Assembly: GCF_009914755.1 (NCBI RefSeq)
Contig: NC_060932.1
From: the human T2T-CHM13v2.0 reference genome, Homo sapiens
DNA length: 64,000 nucleotides
Reading direction: 5' to 3' (one strand)
Made by a program: the position numbers and the translations under genes. The notes beneath the pieces are model-generated. The model searched no databases and was not told the origin of the DNA. It saw nothing but the letters and a program-made list of their open reading frames with translations. The number at the start of each line of letters is the position of its first letter. The first letter of the stretch is position 1. Positions 17,755 through 31,120 of the stretch are shown in pieces.

Positions 17755-20289
17755 TAGGCCTTCTACATTTCTGACTGGTACTTCTTGGTCTTTTTTTTTG
17801 GCAGGTCTCTCTCACCCACTGTAAACATCACACTCCTCACCGCTCTTCTCTTTTGTTTACTCTTGTTTTAAGGCCACTGAGAGGACAAAGACTTCCTTTG
17901 AGTGAATTACACACAGTGGTCCCCCTTGCTTTTGTAGAGATGGGTCTTTCTCTCTTGCCCAGGTTGGACTCCAACTCCTGAGCTCCAGGGTTACTCCTGC
18001 CTCAGCCTCCCAAGTAGGGAGCCCCTTTTAAGTAGATGAATTAGAAGAAGGCAGAGCCATTTCCTCTTGTGCCACAGCCTAGACCAGGACGTAAGTTTGG
18101 TTAGGACTAGATTTTACCCTCATTCATGTCTTGCAGGTACCATTGAGCCAGAGCAAAACCTATGCAGTTGTACAGAGATCTCTCTCACTGGGTAGTATTC
18201 TTCATGCTCGTGGTTTTTTGTTTGTTGTTTGTTTTTTGTTTTTTTGGGTTCTTTTAATCCTTGCTGTTTTTGTTGTTTTGGGAAATGCAATTTTAAAAAT
18301 GGGGGGCGGGGGGAGGGTAGGTGTAAAAATGTCTAGCTGCACCAGAGCTGTCCTACTTTAACACACCACCTCGTCATTGCACTCTGATAAATCAGATTGG
18401 CATGTATAATCAAAACAAGATTCACATCCAACTTTCATGTTTTCTGAGAACAGTAGGACACACAAAAGCACCTGGTAATATGTTTTTTCTGGATAAAATT
18501 ACAGATTTTTTTTCTTCAGACTAGTTTTTCAAGAAGGTTTTTACTGATCAGGTTTTTCAACTCCTCTGTTTAATGATAAAAATTTTATAAAAATATATAG
18601 GTGTTAGGAAAATTCTTCGGGAACTATTGGAGGAAGGCAGGATAAACAATTTGCTATGTAAAGAAATGGCTGCTGATAAAGAATGTGTATATTTAATGAT
18701 TAACATTTTTAAAAACCTGTTTGTAGTGTTTCTTTGTGTAATTTCTTTTCTATATTTACTTGCTAACGCACTTGCATGTCAAAGAAGAATTTGCAAGAAA
18801 AAAATGCAAACAGATATTAAATAACAATGAAAAAGATTATTGTTATTTCCACTAGAAGTCAGACAAGAGAAACATATGGAGACTTTTTTTTTCCTGAATC
18901 CTTCCTGAAATACAGTAAAGAAGAGCTGCTTGCAATATATATTAAACACAGTCACAGACTTTGCACTTCTTTCAGCTTTTCTATTGAGGGAAAAGAGAAT
19001 GAGTCTATTACTGTAAATTATATTGTTGAAATTGTAGCCATTTATTACTCTGATTTTTTAAACAAAATGAATAGTTTATGAACTAGTAACAAAATTGTAG
19101 GCTTTTATAATGTTATATTATTTATCCAACTGTTGCTAAAGTGACTCTCCTAAGGATATATGAAATTCCTTATCTTTTATTAAAGGCAAACAATGTGAAT
19201 CAGAGAAAAGAATTCATAATTCTATTATAATAAGTAGATGGCCACACACATCTTTGTAGTGAATATATATTAGACATTATAATATGTCTTCTTTAAAAGT
19301 TACATTAAACATTAAAACAGTAAAATCTGTACATGGTACTGGGAGTTTTATTTTTCCCCCTTTGCAACCACTAATGTTGAAAGATTGAAAAGCTGGGCTT
19401 GGGGTCAGGGAAACCTGGTCTTAATTCTGGGCCAGCATCTTGGTGGCCCTGTGATCTTAGGCTAGTCATCAACCTCCCTGGAGGGCACTGCTTGGGTTCA
19501 TGATGGAAGAGGTCTTGTGGAACAAGGCCAGCAGCTGTGACTGCTTTGAGCAGTGACCAGAAATTTTGTGGGGCAGGAATTTAGAGTGAGTGGCGACCAG
19601 AAGAACGTACTCTTTCTGAGAACCCTAATATGTATTGGAGAAGGTGCTGGAATGCCCATAGGATATGTGGTAGAGACTTGAGTTAAATCACAGTTTCCTT
19701 CAATAGCCAAATGATTCAGAAGCTAGAACTTGAGGATGTTCCTAATACTTATAAATAATGCTGCCCAGAGCTATTGTTTTATCTTGTGACAGACTGTGCA
19801 CTAAAACAGACTTTACAGGTTAAATGTCCATCTTATTAGCTCACTGTACCTCATTGCTGAGTGTCACTGATATGTCACAATTCCTTATTGTAGGCCCCAG
19901 GCTTCCTCCTGTCTTCTCTCACCATTCTTTTGTGACACCTGGTTTCTTTTCCTTTATTGCCTTTACTCTAGTCAGTTTGTACCACTCAATATTTACCTAA
20001 AAACTCCATCCTGCATGTTACATCTTTCCTCTTTTCATGCTGTTTCCTTCACTTAGAATGCCCATCTTTTATCCTGTTTTCCAAAATTCCATTTATTCTT
20101 CAAATTCCAGCTCAAATGCTATTGCTTCCACTGGGCTTTCTTTGATCTCATCAGAGTTATTCTTGTGTGCTCTCAGAGCATTATTTTGAGGATATTTTTT
20201 CCCTCTATCACACTGCTTGCTACATTCTGCTTTGCGATGTAGTGATGAGAAAGAAGGCTTCTTGGTGAATGGAATGCAGTTGAGGTGCA

Positions 20290-20710
20290 TGCTGTGTGCA
20301 CCACCCAGGTCTCTAACGGCCAGGGCGAAGCACTGAGCTCCCAGCTGCTGGGAGTATGGGTGACTGGCCCCTGGCAGCTGAGTCCCTTTCTAGAACCGAG
20401 CTGACTTGACCAGGTAGTATAACCTTTCCTGGGCTGCTAGTCTAAGGACTCATCTATCTGGGATGGCTGGGTTTACAAAGGGCAAGTCCCCTTGCCTCAA
20501 AGTGAAAGAGCTCTACAAGGCTGTCTCAGTTCCAGAGCTTCCCTTGACTCAGCCAAGATCTTGGTGGTGACTACATCACGGTTCAACTCTTCCTTCTGTC
20601 CTATCCTGCTTTCTTCTCACTCCTTAGGACTTGATCCCAAGGGCATTCCCCATTAAGTTTTCTCCATGCAAATTTCACCTCAGCATCTCTTTCCTGGGAT
20701 CCCACCTTTT
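20290..20710 (+). mobile_element. LTR16-like ERVL LTR
   Basis: ggcagctgagtccc, ccccttgcctcaa and the ending catgcaaatttcacctcagcatctctttcctgggatcccacct resemble LTR16. Confidence 0.6.
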
Positions 20711-21506
20711 CCTCATCGGCAGCACTTGGCCCGTGTCTACGGAGGTAATGACACTGTGTTGATTCAGCAGAAGAGAGGTTCCTGGTCCTACCTTTTAAGC
20801 AAAGCCCAATATCAAAAATGTATCCAGTCTAGCTCTTGCTCTCATGACGTCTTTGAGTTGTTTAAAGGACTTACCTAGGAGACTGGGTCTTTTATTCTTA
20901 GATGAAAGTGCAACAAATATTGAATTAAGTTAAATCTGTTTCCTACAGTGGGAGAAACAGTTAAAGAAAGGTAAGAAACTCATCCGAGATCACACATAAA
21001 AGAACTAGATCTGCAACTTGGTCCTTTCCACAGTAAGGACATCTTCCCATCCATATAGAGTCTATGACTTACAGTCTGTGATAGTCTTTGTTTCAACTGA
21101 ATCGTTATAGAAATTAAAAAAAGAAAAGAATAAAAAGGAGTTTAGCTCTACATTGGTCTTCATGTTTCAGGCCCAACTTTGTTGCTGAACTAAAACCCAG
21201 GCATTCCTTGTCTCTCCGAAGCCTGGGCTCTTTTCTGGGTGTTCTCTAGCAATAGTTGGGAGAGTCAACTTGGACACAGAGTCATGAGTAATTCTGTATG
21301 TGCGTCCACAGTAGTTTTGGATTAACAGCCCCCAGGTCTCCAGCAGGAATGTGCACCCTCTGCCCTGCTAGGCATCAACTGTCTTGGGCACCCCTTGGGG
21401 TTTCCGTGTCCAGCAGTGCAGTGCTGTGGTAAGGAGCTATGAGATGTTGGCAAAACTGGAGAGTGAACTGAATAGGGCTCAGGCTTCTGTCTCCAGCATT
21501 GTATCC

Positions 21507-21851
21507 TGTCTTAGTTCATTTGTGTTGCTATAACAGAATACCTGAGATGGGGATATTTAAAAAGAACAGAAACATATTTTCTCACAGTTCCAGAGGCTGG
21601 AAAGTCCAAGGTAAGGTGCTGACAGATTCAGTTGTCAGTGACAGCTGCTAAAGTCCTCACACAGCAGAAAAACAGAAAACAAAGCTAGCCAGATAGTTAA
21701 ATGCTATGTGAAGCTTTTTTTAAAAGGACCTTACTCCCATTAACTTGGTAGGAGTCCTCACCGTCTAATCACCCCTTAAAGGCCTCACCTCTTAATACTA
21801 TCATATTGGCAACACCTGAATTTTGGAAGGGACACATTCAAACCGTAGCCT
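21507..21851 (-). mobile_element. MST/MLT1A-type MaLR LTR
   Basis: tgtcttagttcatttgtgttgctataacagaatacctgaga...gacacattcaaaccgtagc. Confidence 0.75.
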
Positions 21852-21930
21852 ACCACAAATCTATGGTTTGAATTCCTGATGGACCTGCCAAAGCCAGTAG
21901 AGTAAATGGCTGCAACACACCCAAAGTGGG

Positions 21931-22328
21931 GGTTATGGGCTAAATTGTGTCCCTCCCCATTCATATGTTGGAGCCCTAACCCACAGTATCTCAGAATGTG
22001 ACTGTGGTTAGAGATAGGGTCTTTAAAGAGGTAATTAAGGTAAATTGAGGTAATGAGGGTGGGCCCTAATCCCATAGGACTGGTGTCCTTATAAGAAGAA
22101 AAGATTAGGATGTAGACACACAAGAAGGAAGACCATGTGAAGACATGGGGAAAAGACAACCGTCCACAAATCTACAAGCCGCGGAGAGAGACCTCAGAGT
22201 AAACCCAACCTGTTGACATCTTGATCTTGCACTTCCAGCCTCCAGAATGTGAAAAAAAATAAATAAATTTTTGTTATTTAAGTCACCCAGCATGTGGTAT
22301 TTGTTATGACAGCCCCAGCTGTCATACA
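21931..22328 (+). mobile_element. MLT1B-like MaLR LTR
   Basis: gttatgggctaaattgtgtccc...gagatagggtctttaaagaggtaattaagg...ttgttatgacagccccagc. Confidence 0.8.
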
Positions 22329-23640
22329 GTGGGTTAGCGTTAGGTGTATGCCAAGGAAGTAGCTTCCTGGAACTCATCATTTCCATTTTCTTCTCTGATA
22401 AGGCAGGACCACGTGTCCTGAAGGGAGGAGGTTACATCCACTTGACAGCTTCATGGCCCAGCTGTATGAGATGAATTCTCTCTGTGGTTCTAGGTGGGAA
22501 ATTACTGAGGGAAGATAATCTTTCCTTCTTGCTTGGGGGGCTGCTCTGCAGATGACCCCTGAAGAAATTGCACACAGTGCAGTGATGTCTGCTTGGTAAT
22601 CCTTGGGAGAAACAGGACATGCCACACTATAGCTATACGTTATGCTTTTGCCTTATCACATCTTTGCATTCCATAAAGGTAATAAAAGTAAACTTAGTAT
22701 GGGAATTTTTAGAAGAAGCCCAAACATTCTAGAGACAATTAAAGGACATTATAAAGAGAAATTTGTATTAAGATCTACAAAATGAAAGAGTGGAAATCAA
22801 TAGACTATATATCTATTAACCAGGGCTTTTGACAAATTAAATCAGAGAATATGTCAGACTAATTTTCAAACAGAAAACTGCATAGGGTTGACTGAAAGAG
22901 AATTGTTAGAGCAAAAGAGATGGAAGAAGAATTACAATGAGGTGCTAAAAGCTGATGAAACAAGGTCGTTGTTGTTACTGTCTATGCAATACATGTAAAT
23001 CCCCCCTTCCCATTTTAATGAATTACAATCCACACATCATGTAAACCAATCCTTTCACTAAAGAGTGAAAAGTTTATTTATATGTGACATAAGCTTTCCT
23101 CGCACTCTGTGTCCTAACCAAATCAGGTGTTTGAGGAATTAGTTACAGAAACAGCCTCAAAATCATGGAAGGACATTCAGAAAAATGTTATCCAATCTGG
23201 TAGGAAATGAGTTTTGAAATTAAGAGCATCGTGGGAAATGTGTAATTCAGTCATAGGAACAGGCTAAAAAAGGCTATTGAACAGTTGATTTACTCATTGT
23301 TTGGTGCCAGATCCAAATGTAATTGCAGTGGAAAAATTAGCGCTAGATTATTGCATAGCAGTTTTGAAAAACTGCGTCTTGGCCAATTTGTTTTTCTAAA
23401 TCAATATAACATTAGCTAACGTGAGTCAGGCTGTAATATTTTTCAGGCTCTGCCTACTTAGTGCCAAAAACCTTTAGATGAGAAGTGAAAACTGTATTCA
23501 TATAGATGCAGATGCTTTTGGCTCTAAGACACATATTTCGCCGAAGCACCGTACAGTTTTTGCTAATATGAATTGTAGTTTTTCAGAAGTTTCGGGTGGG
23601 AACAACAACAACAACGATTAGCTTGCTCAGTAGGATTTTG

Positions 23641-23701
23641 TGAGGCTGCCTGTCCGCGCCTGGCCCTTCTGAAATCGTCCAGGCGCGGACAGGCAGCCTC
23701 A
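23641..23701. repeat. Perfect 23-bp inverted repeat with 15-nt loop
   Basis: TGAGGCTGCCTGTCCGCGCCTGG (23641-23663) is the exact reverse complement of CCAGGCGCGGACAGGCAGCCTCA (23679-23701). Confidence 0.95.
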
Positions 23702-24531
23702 ATCAAGACAACGGACTCAAGGGGTTACCGGGAGGCGGATCCGCCAAGTGTTTGGCCACGCCCGGATCCACCAGAAGTTTCTGAGACCAAGATTCTTGCG
23801 AATGTGAGAGTAGGAGGTGTTCTTAAGGAAAACTGGTCTGGGAAGAATGGTGAGGGAATGGGAATATGGAAGGGCAGAGGGCCAGGCTAGGGGCTCACCC
23901 GACAGGGGAGCTCTGGGGGCCTTGTAGCTCCCGCTTCCAAGCCTTGTAGGTCAGGGAGAGGGAGCTTGGGTAGAGAAGGGCATTGTTCGGGGAGCGGGTG
24001 CAAACCCCCGGGCCCTGCTACCCTGGCGACACCACGGCAGCCTGACGGGTGCGTGCATCAGTGGGTGCATCAGTGGTGTGCACCCCAGGCAGGGGGCACA
24101 CCACTGTTAAAGGAATCCAGGGCGCTGAGACCTCAAACCCCCAGGCAGGGCTGTGAGGACCCTCCCGTCCCCTTCCCGGAGCCGCCTCTGCTGGGACTGC
24201 AGCTTCTTGCTCAGACTTCAGGACCGGCCCAGACCTCAGGACCTCCTCTCCACTTCGCTCTTCTTATCCCTGATGATACACTTGAGCTCCCAAGTCTCCA
24301 TCCTCTCTAGCTTCCTTTCCTGTCCACACATGTAGACTTTCACACGATCGGGGGGGTGGGGGGGAGTTTAGCCGTGGTTACTGCAAATAGGTGGGAGGGC
24401 GGGGTGGGGGGGGGGAGACTCCGACGTGCCCCTCAGTGTGCCAGGCGAAGCATGTGTCACATTTCAAGCCTGAACTTATGTTGGAAACTATCCTGGATTA
24501 TCTCCACTTTATGGTAGAAGCTGAGGCTTCT

Positions 24532-24533
<2 letters not shown>

Positions 24534-24568
<35 letters not shown>

Positions 24569-24645
24569 AGACGGAGTCTCGCTCTGTCGCCCAGGCCGGA
24601 CTGCGGACTGCAGTGGCGCAATCTCGGCTCACTGCAAGCTCCGCT
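24534..24645 (-). mobile_element. 5'-truncated AluYb8 (~78-bp body plus ~34-nt poly-A)
   Basis: Reverse complement contains GATTGCGCCACTGCAGTCCGCAGTCCGGCCTGGGCG, including the diagnostic Yb-lineage 7-bp duplication. TSD gctgaggct(t/a)cttctt at 24520-24535 and 24643-24658. Confidence 0.9.
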
Positions 24646-26059
24646 GAGGCTACTTCTTAGCTCAGGGCTGCTGGGAAGTATCCGCCCAGACCGGACCGGA
24701 CGGGGTGGGGGGAGTGCCTGCCAGGGCGCAGAGGGGAAGAGAGGTGGGCCCAGACTTCAACCTGGGGCGAGTCTAACAGAGATAAAGGGGCAGGTGGAAG
24801 AGGCTGGGGCTGAGTGCGGTTCCGGGAGGTTCCCGGGCCGTGGGGAGGCTGCAGCCGGCTTCCGGGGAGCGCTGCAGGCCGAGTGACGGCGGCGGGGCTG
24901 CTCTGGCGTGCCACCTGTGCGCTGTGTGCTCCAGGCAGAGATGGGGCTGGGAACGCTGCGAGGCCTCTCCCGGCCCTACCCTGCGAGAGGTTAAATACCT
25001 TTCTGCAGGCACCGTTGGCCAGCGGAGGGCTGGGGCTCAAACCCTATCCTTTTCAGCATACCCTGCCTAATAACTGAGTTCTCCACATTTTCTAGAACTT
25101 TATATATTTCTGCATTTCATAGGAGAAGGAATTGGGGTCTAGACAAGTTCAGTGCTTTTTTTTTTTTTTTTTTTTCCTGAAAGGTCATACGGTATTAAGA
25201 ATGGTGGAAATGGAAAGAAACTCCAGAACTAGGGATTATGTCACATGAGTTATTGGGTAATTTTTCAGGGCACCTCAAGTATTTCTAAAACTGAAAAGCA
25301 GTACCGCACTGAAGATTAATAGTGATCGCAGTTGATATAGAGTATATAAATGAGATAAATACGACACAACTCTACTCTTTAAAAGTTAACCCTGTGTTCT
25401 CACACCTGTTATTATTCAAGAACCTTGAGCAGAACTAGGTCATATATTATTTTACATTTGGGAAAACAGGAATAGGGAGTATCTGGTGGCCTTTTCAATG
25501 TCACTCGCTAAGTCCTTTCTTCACTGACTCATTCACTCAGTTATTCCAACTCTGTGCCGGGGCCTCTCCCCATTCCTGAGAACAGTGAGGACCAGGGTAG
25601 AGATCTGGTCCTCCTGTAGCTCGTGTTTCAGCTCCACAGTCATATGCAAATTGTGAAGTGTTTGGTGTATCTGAAATCCCAAATACATGCCCATCCTGTC
25701 GGTGGGGATGTTAGGCTCAGTGGCAGTGGAACCCACTGGGATGGGTGTCCAGGAAAACTGGGCCTTTTAGCCCCTTCTAGTTGAAACATATGGGTAAGTG
25801 CATATCAAACTTTGGGCATATTTAATCCGTTAATGAGTGTCCAACAATTTCAAGTGTCCATTTTTAGGAAGAAAAAAGACTGTTCACAATTTTAAAAATA
25901 ATAAAACAAAAATAATACTTATAAAAATAATGAATTTTAAAATTGCAGTAAAAGTGATACCATGATTTGAAAAACTTTCATCCAATTCTACCCAGGATAA
26001 GTAAGCCACAGGTTCAACCTCCACATGCACTTGGCTCACATCTCCTGGTGGAGAAAGTG

Positions 26060-26535
26060 AGATGTCCGCCCCCACATCCATTCTCTCTTCCTAACGGAAC
26101 TCCCAACACCAGTTCTTAGCTATGCACATTATTTACCCAGAAGACAAGACTTCCCTCGAGTTAGGTAAGGCCATGTGACTAATTCCAGCCACTGAAATGT
26201 AAGTACAAGTGGAATAGGTGATGTCTAGGGTGGCTGATTAAAGGGATCTGGCTGACCTCTGGGGGTTCCATTTTCTCTTTGGTCTTTCCTCCTTCCATAG
26301 TGTAGGACACAGGAGAAGTGGCTGGAGTTCCAGCAGCCATCTTAGATGATGTGATAACTTTGAGGATGACAGGTTGATTGATTAGAAAGGTAGATGAAAC
26401 TAAAGCTTCATTGTATTGCTTACCAGCTGACTTCTTGTCAGAGAGAGAGAGAGAGAGAGAGAGAGAATTTCCTATTTTTTTAAAATTACTCTTTCTGGGG
26501 CTTCAATGTTGTCCAGATAAACCAAATCTAATACA
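26060..26535 (+). mobile_element. Old MLT1-type LTR with an internal (GA)n tract
   Basis: ggccatgtgactaattccagccactgaaatgtaag and cagcagccatcttaga motifs. Confidence 0.55.
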
Positions 26536-27196
26536 ATTAAGTGTATTACTCTTTATTTCTATTAAATTGGGAAACCCTAACATAATTATAAGTCATTAAG
26601 ATGATAGCAATTGTTTAGTGGTTCTGACAGGAAGTTCTGGATATTTGAATTGAAACTGGACCCAGAAATAATGCTGCGATTTCTCTCTCCTTACTAATTT
26701 CAATTCTTCAAAGGTATTAAGGTGACAAACACCTCACATTCAAACACTGGGAGATTAAGTGTGAACTTGAACAATAGCTCTAAGTGGAGTCCTAATTCAT
26801 TCCTTGGTTGTACCTGTAGGGCTGGAAGCATTTTGGAAACTATTTTGTCTTAGTGTCATTTATAAATAAATAATCTAATAATGAGCCATTGATTTCTTTC
26901 TTCAGTGAGTAAAGAAATAATTGAGTAACCAAGTACTGTGAAACATTGAACTTCAGGTGATTGGACTGTTTGATTCATAGTTTGCTTTATTCAGGACACC
27001 CTACCATCTTGTTTCTCAACATTAAAAATTGTAACATTTTGGCTTTAAAGTTCAGGTTCAGTGTAGGTAAGACGCTGAATGTGTTTGAGATCCCAAACTG
27101 ACAAAGCTCAATGAAATCTTAGAGATGGCTTTAAGTAGCATTATCAGGGTAATGAGAAAATATTTTTATCTCATTCTTTATTCAAAAAAATGTTGG

Positions 27197-27335
27197 GGCC
27201 AGGCACGGTGCCTCACATCTGTTATTCCAGCACTTTGGGAGGCCAAGGAGGGAAGATCTCTTGAGATCAGGAATTCAAGACCAACCTGGTCAACAGAGTG
27301 AGACCCTGTCTCTACAAGTAAATAAATAACAAAAA
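27197..27335 (+). mobile_element. Alu monomer (FLAM or left arm)
   Basis: A single Alu arm followed by an A-rich tail. Confidence 0.85.
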
Positions 27336-27819
27336 ATCTTGAATTTCACCTACACCTTCTCCTTTATTAGAGAGCATACTAATATGTGAAAAAATAAACT
27401 CACTTTCTAGTTCTTCACCAAGCATGCGCTCCCTTTCTTGATAGATAAATTTTCAGTGTCCCCTATTTCCTCCAACACAGCATTAAGATCAAGAGACGTA
27501 TTGCAGTGCCAGCTGCTGTCTGTGAATGAAACAGTTTCTGGATGGGCATTCAAGTTTAGCCAGTTTTATTCCAATATTAATGCCCTTCTTTTTTTCAAAC
27601 TTAGCAGGTGCTCCAAATTAGTACTAACTAAGTGTAAATAATGGATCAAAAGTAGTCATTAATTTAGCAAGAAATCTCACAGGCTTTGGGTAATAACAGC
27701 ACAGGTCTCCTTCACTCATTTTGTGGCAGCATTTTATAGTGTGTGCAAGTGTGGGCTCCAGACCCACTATGGTAGAGTTAAAATCCAAGCTCTGCCACTT
27801 AGGAGCTTTGTAATCCTAT

Positions 27820-28165
27820 CTTAAGGAATCTCTGTGTGCCACTAAAATGTATGTGTGGAAAACCTAACCCCCAAGGTGATGATATTAGGAGGTGGGGCCT
27901 GTGGGAGGTGATTAGGTCATGAGGGTTGAGCCCTCAAGAATAGGATTAGTGCCCTTACAAAAGACACCCCCGAAAGTTACCTTGATTTCTTCTGCTTTTT
28001 GAGGATGCAGCAAAAAAGACAGCCATCTATGAGCTAGGAAGCAGGCCCTCACCTTGCCTTGATCTTGGTCTCCCCAGACTCAGAACCATGAGAAATAAAT
28101 TTCTGTCATTTACAAGCCACCCAGCCTATGGCAGTTTGTTATAGCAGCTGACATGAAATAAAACC
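27820..28165 (+). mobile_element. MLT1A-like MaLR LTR inserted into a MIR
   Basis: cctaacccccaaggtgatgatattaggaggtggggcc...gagaaataaatttctg; MIR core halves flank it (ctctgccacttag / tgcctcagtttccccatct). Confidence 0.75.
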
Positions 28166-28530
28166 ATGCCTCAGTTTCCCCATCTATCATTGGTGAGAGT
28201 GTTAGTATCTGCCTCATGGGAATATGCTTCTTTAAGTTTAAATTTTTATATTGGAATTCCCACCTCTCCATTTCACTTCAATAAGTGTTTTGTGTGCTTG
28301 ATTCATTTGTGTGCATCAGAAATATAATACAACAAAACAAGACAATGAAAACATAATCAACTTAAGCAATACAGCACAAAGAATATGAAAATACACCCAC
28401 TGAGATGAACTGTACCCCATTTACTGAATGGTAGGTAGCCTGCATAAGCCAACCCAAGCCATCCTATAGCTCTTCTGTGATTCTTAAGACCCTAATGATA
28501 AATGGAATTTCTGTGAAAATGGTAATTAAA

Positions 28531-28737
<207 letters not shown>

Positions 28738-30694
28738 TGAGCCAGAATTTGGTTATGTAGATGGGTAATTGTTAAAAAAAAAAAAAAAGCTAAAATGAGT
28801 AGGTTTTCAGGTTGTATCAAATCAGGCACATTTGATACATTTGTGGATTTTAGAGTGTGATTTAGCCACTTACTTTGTCTGATCATGTAAAAATTGTCAT
28901 TCTTTTTAGATATTTTCTGTTTTGGGGTGTTTCTCCCTCACAAAAAGAGAAAAAAACATTGTGATTTCTGAGCTGTAGAAAAGATAAAAACTAAGTTATT
29001 TCCTTGGCTTTTCTTTTTGAACACCTTTTCTGTTTCTTGCAGAAAAAATGGTAAAACAGCACTGTTTACTAGAAATTTGGTGAGAGCGACACATGTAATT
29101 ATATATTTTCTAGCATTCCCTAGCATTCCCACTGAAAATGAATAAAAAGAAAAGGGAAAATTCATTTTAAAACTAGACTTTATTTAACTCAATATATTCA
29201 ACACATTTTTATTTCAGCTTGTGGTCTTGAGCCATAATTCAGTGCTCCACAGCTACTGATTTAAGAAGTGCAGCCAGGCTGTGATGGAGGAGAAGCCAGT
29301 GGGGCAAGAGGCTAAGAGGAGAGATTGGAGGGATGGAGGGCAGAACTCCCTCCATGTGATGGGGAGAAGGCTCCACTCAGTGCTGAGAAGAAGATGCATA
29401 CAGCTGTGCCCACGCTACTGAGCCACTTTACGAATGCTTTAAAAAAATCTCCTGATTATCATATTTCATAATTTACAGAGTTGTTGTGGGAACTAAATAA
29501 TATGTGTAAAGCACTTGGGAAATTTTTGGTGAATATTAAATGCCCGATTAATGTTAAAACACACAGACACACCTTTATAAAAAACTTCAGGGTGCCTTGC
29601 TGTGCCTGTGGGGACTTTGAACATTTCCAAGCCCACCTGTTAGCTTCTGCTGCTGCCCTTGAGGAATTTGTACTGACATTTGACTTACTTTTAAAAACCT
29701 CATGTTATCAGTATGAATAAATTTTCTTATTTTTGTTTCTTCTCCTTTCCTCCATTCTTCCTTTCCTGATTTTGTAGATTACGTACAGTTTTCCTGCTGA
29801 TCTAGATGAATCTCTGGCGATGAAAAGGGTACATGGGAGAGATAAAAACATTCCCTTTTTTTTGTTCACAGAAATATCCAAGAAAGTTGTTGAAAGCATT
29901 TACAGTTACACTTATAGCTTTTTGATGATTCAAAATTGAAGCATTTATGTACCTAATTACCAAAAAATTGGGGATATGGATGGAAGATACATTGGTGGGT
30001 GTGTGTAGACATTACCTGGGTCTGTCAAATGCTGGCTGCCACAAAATACAACCAAAATAATCTATTGATAAAACAAAACTGAGTTTACCTTGACAGAATC
30101 TTAACAGCATGTGAGGAAAGGGGGCTAGCAAGCATAGGGTATTTATGTGATTTGAGGGGTCTGGCTTAAGGAGGGCCCTTGAAAATGAGGGCATGATTAG
30201 AATTGGGCAAGTTCACAACTTAACAATTCAGGAGAAAGACACACAGCAAAGCCAAGATTTCAAAGTGAGTCTCAAAGAGTAAACAATCACTTGACATGAA
30301 TGAGTGTCCTGAGAAGGGGTATTTATTATGAGAGTACATTGAGTAGTTCTGGTTTTATCTGGTTCGGGTAAATGGATTGTTAGGAAGTTCTTGGAAAAGA
30401 TAATGAAGATGTTTTCCATTTTTTATCCTGGGCAAGAATTTCCTGGAATAGTAAATTCATGTTAATAGAGTCAATCCCATAGTAGAGGCTTGTCCATGCA
30501 GACATTGACCCGTGGCCCAGGCAACAGCCAGCTGCGTGGGTGTCGATGTTTTTGGTCCTTGGGTCTTTGATGAGACACAGAACTTGAGCGTTCTCTCTCA
30601 TATTTTTGAAATTCAAGTATACTAGTCTCAGGGATCAATATTTACAAAGATTTCTGATGGTTAAAATTTTGATCCTTTAAGAGCATTGTTAAAG

Positions 30695-31120
30695 TGCGTC
30701 TTCATACATTTTGTGTTGATATAAAGGAATACTGGAGGCTGGATAATTTATAAAGACAAGAGGTTTATTTGGCTCACAGCTCTGCAGGCTGTACATGGAG
30801 CCCCGTGCCGGCATCCACTCTGGTGAGGGTCTCAGGAAGCTTCCCTTCATGGAGAAAGTTGAAGGGGGCCTGGACTGTGCAGAAGTCACATGGCGACAGA
30901 GGAAGCAGGGCAGAGTGAGGTGCCCAGCTCTCCTTAACAACCAGCTCTCTCAATGAATGGAATGATAACTCACTCACTCCCCACCCACATAGGGGCATTA
31001 ATCTATTCATGGGAAATTCATCTGCATGACCCAAACAGCTCCCATTAGGCCCCACCTCCAACACTGGGGATTACATTTCCCCATGAGGTTTTGGGAGTCA
31101 AATATTCAAACCAGAGCAGC
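30695..31120 (-). mobile_element. MSTB-like MaLR LTR
   Basis: aatttataaagacaagaggtttatttggctcacag...ggccccacctccaacactggggattacattt. Confidence 0.85.

Larger units (their letters stand above)
23640..25060. promoter_or_regulatory. CpG- and G-rich block (CpG-island-like; candidate regulatory element)
   Basis: Visibly high GC and CpG density, strongest at 23640-23770 and 24670-25030, with long G-tracts at 24349-24417, against an AT-rich background. CpG observed/expected not computed. Confidence 0.55.

Noticed and set aside
24391-25077. Several overlapping ORFs in the GC-rich block
   Set aside because: Typical stop-poor GC-rich frames, partly Alu-derived, with no protein homology that I can recognise.
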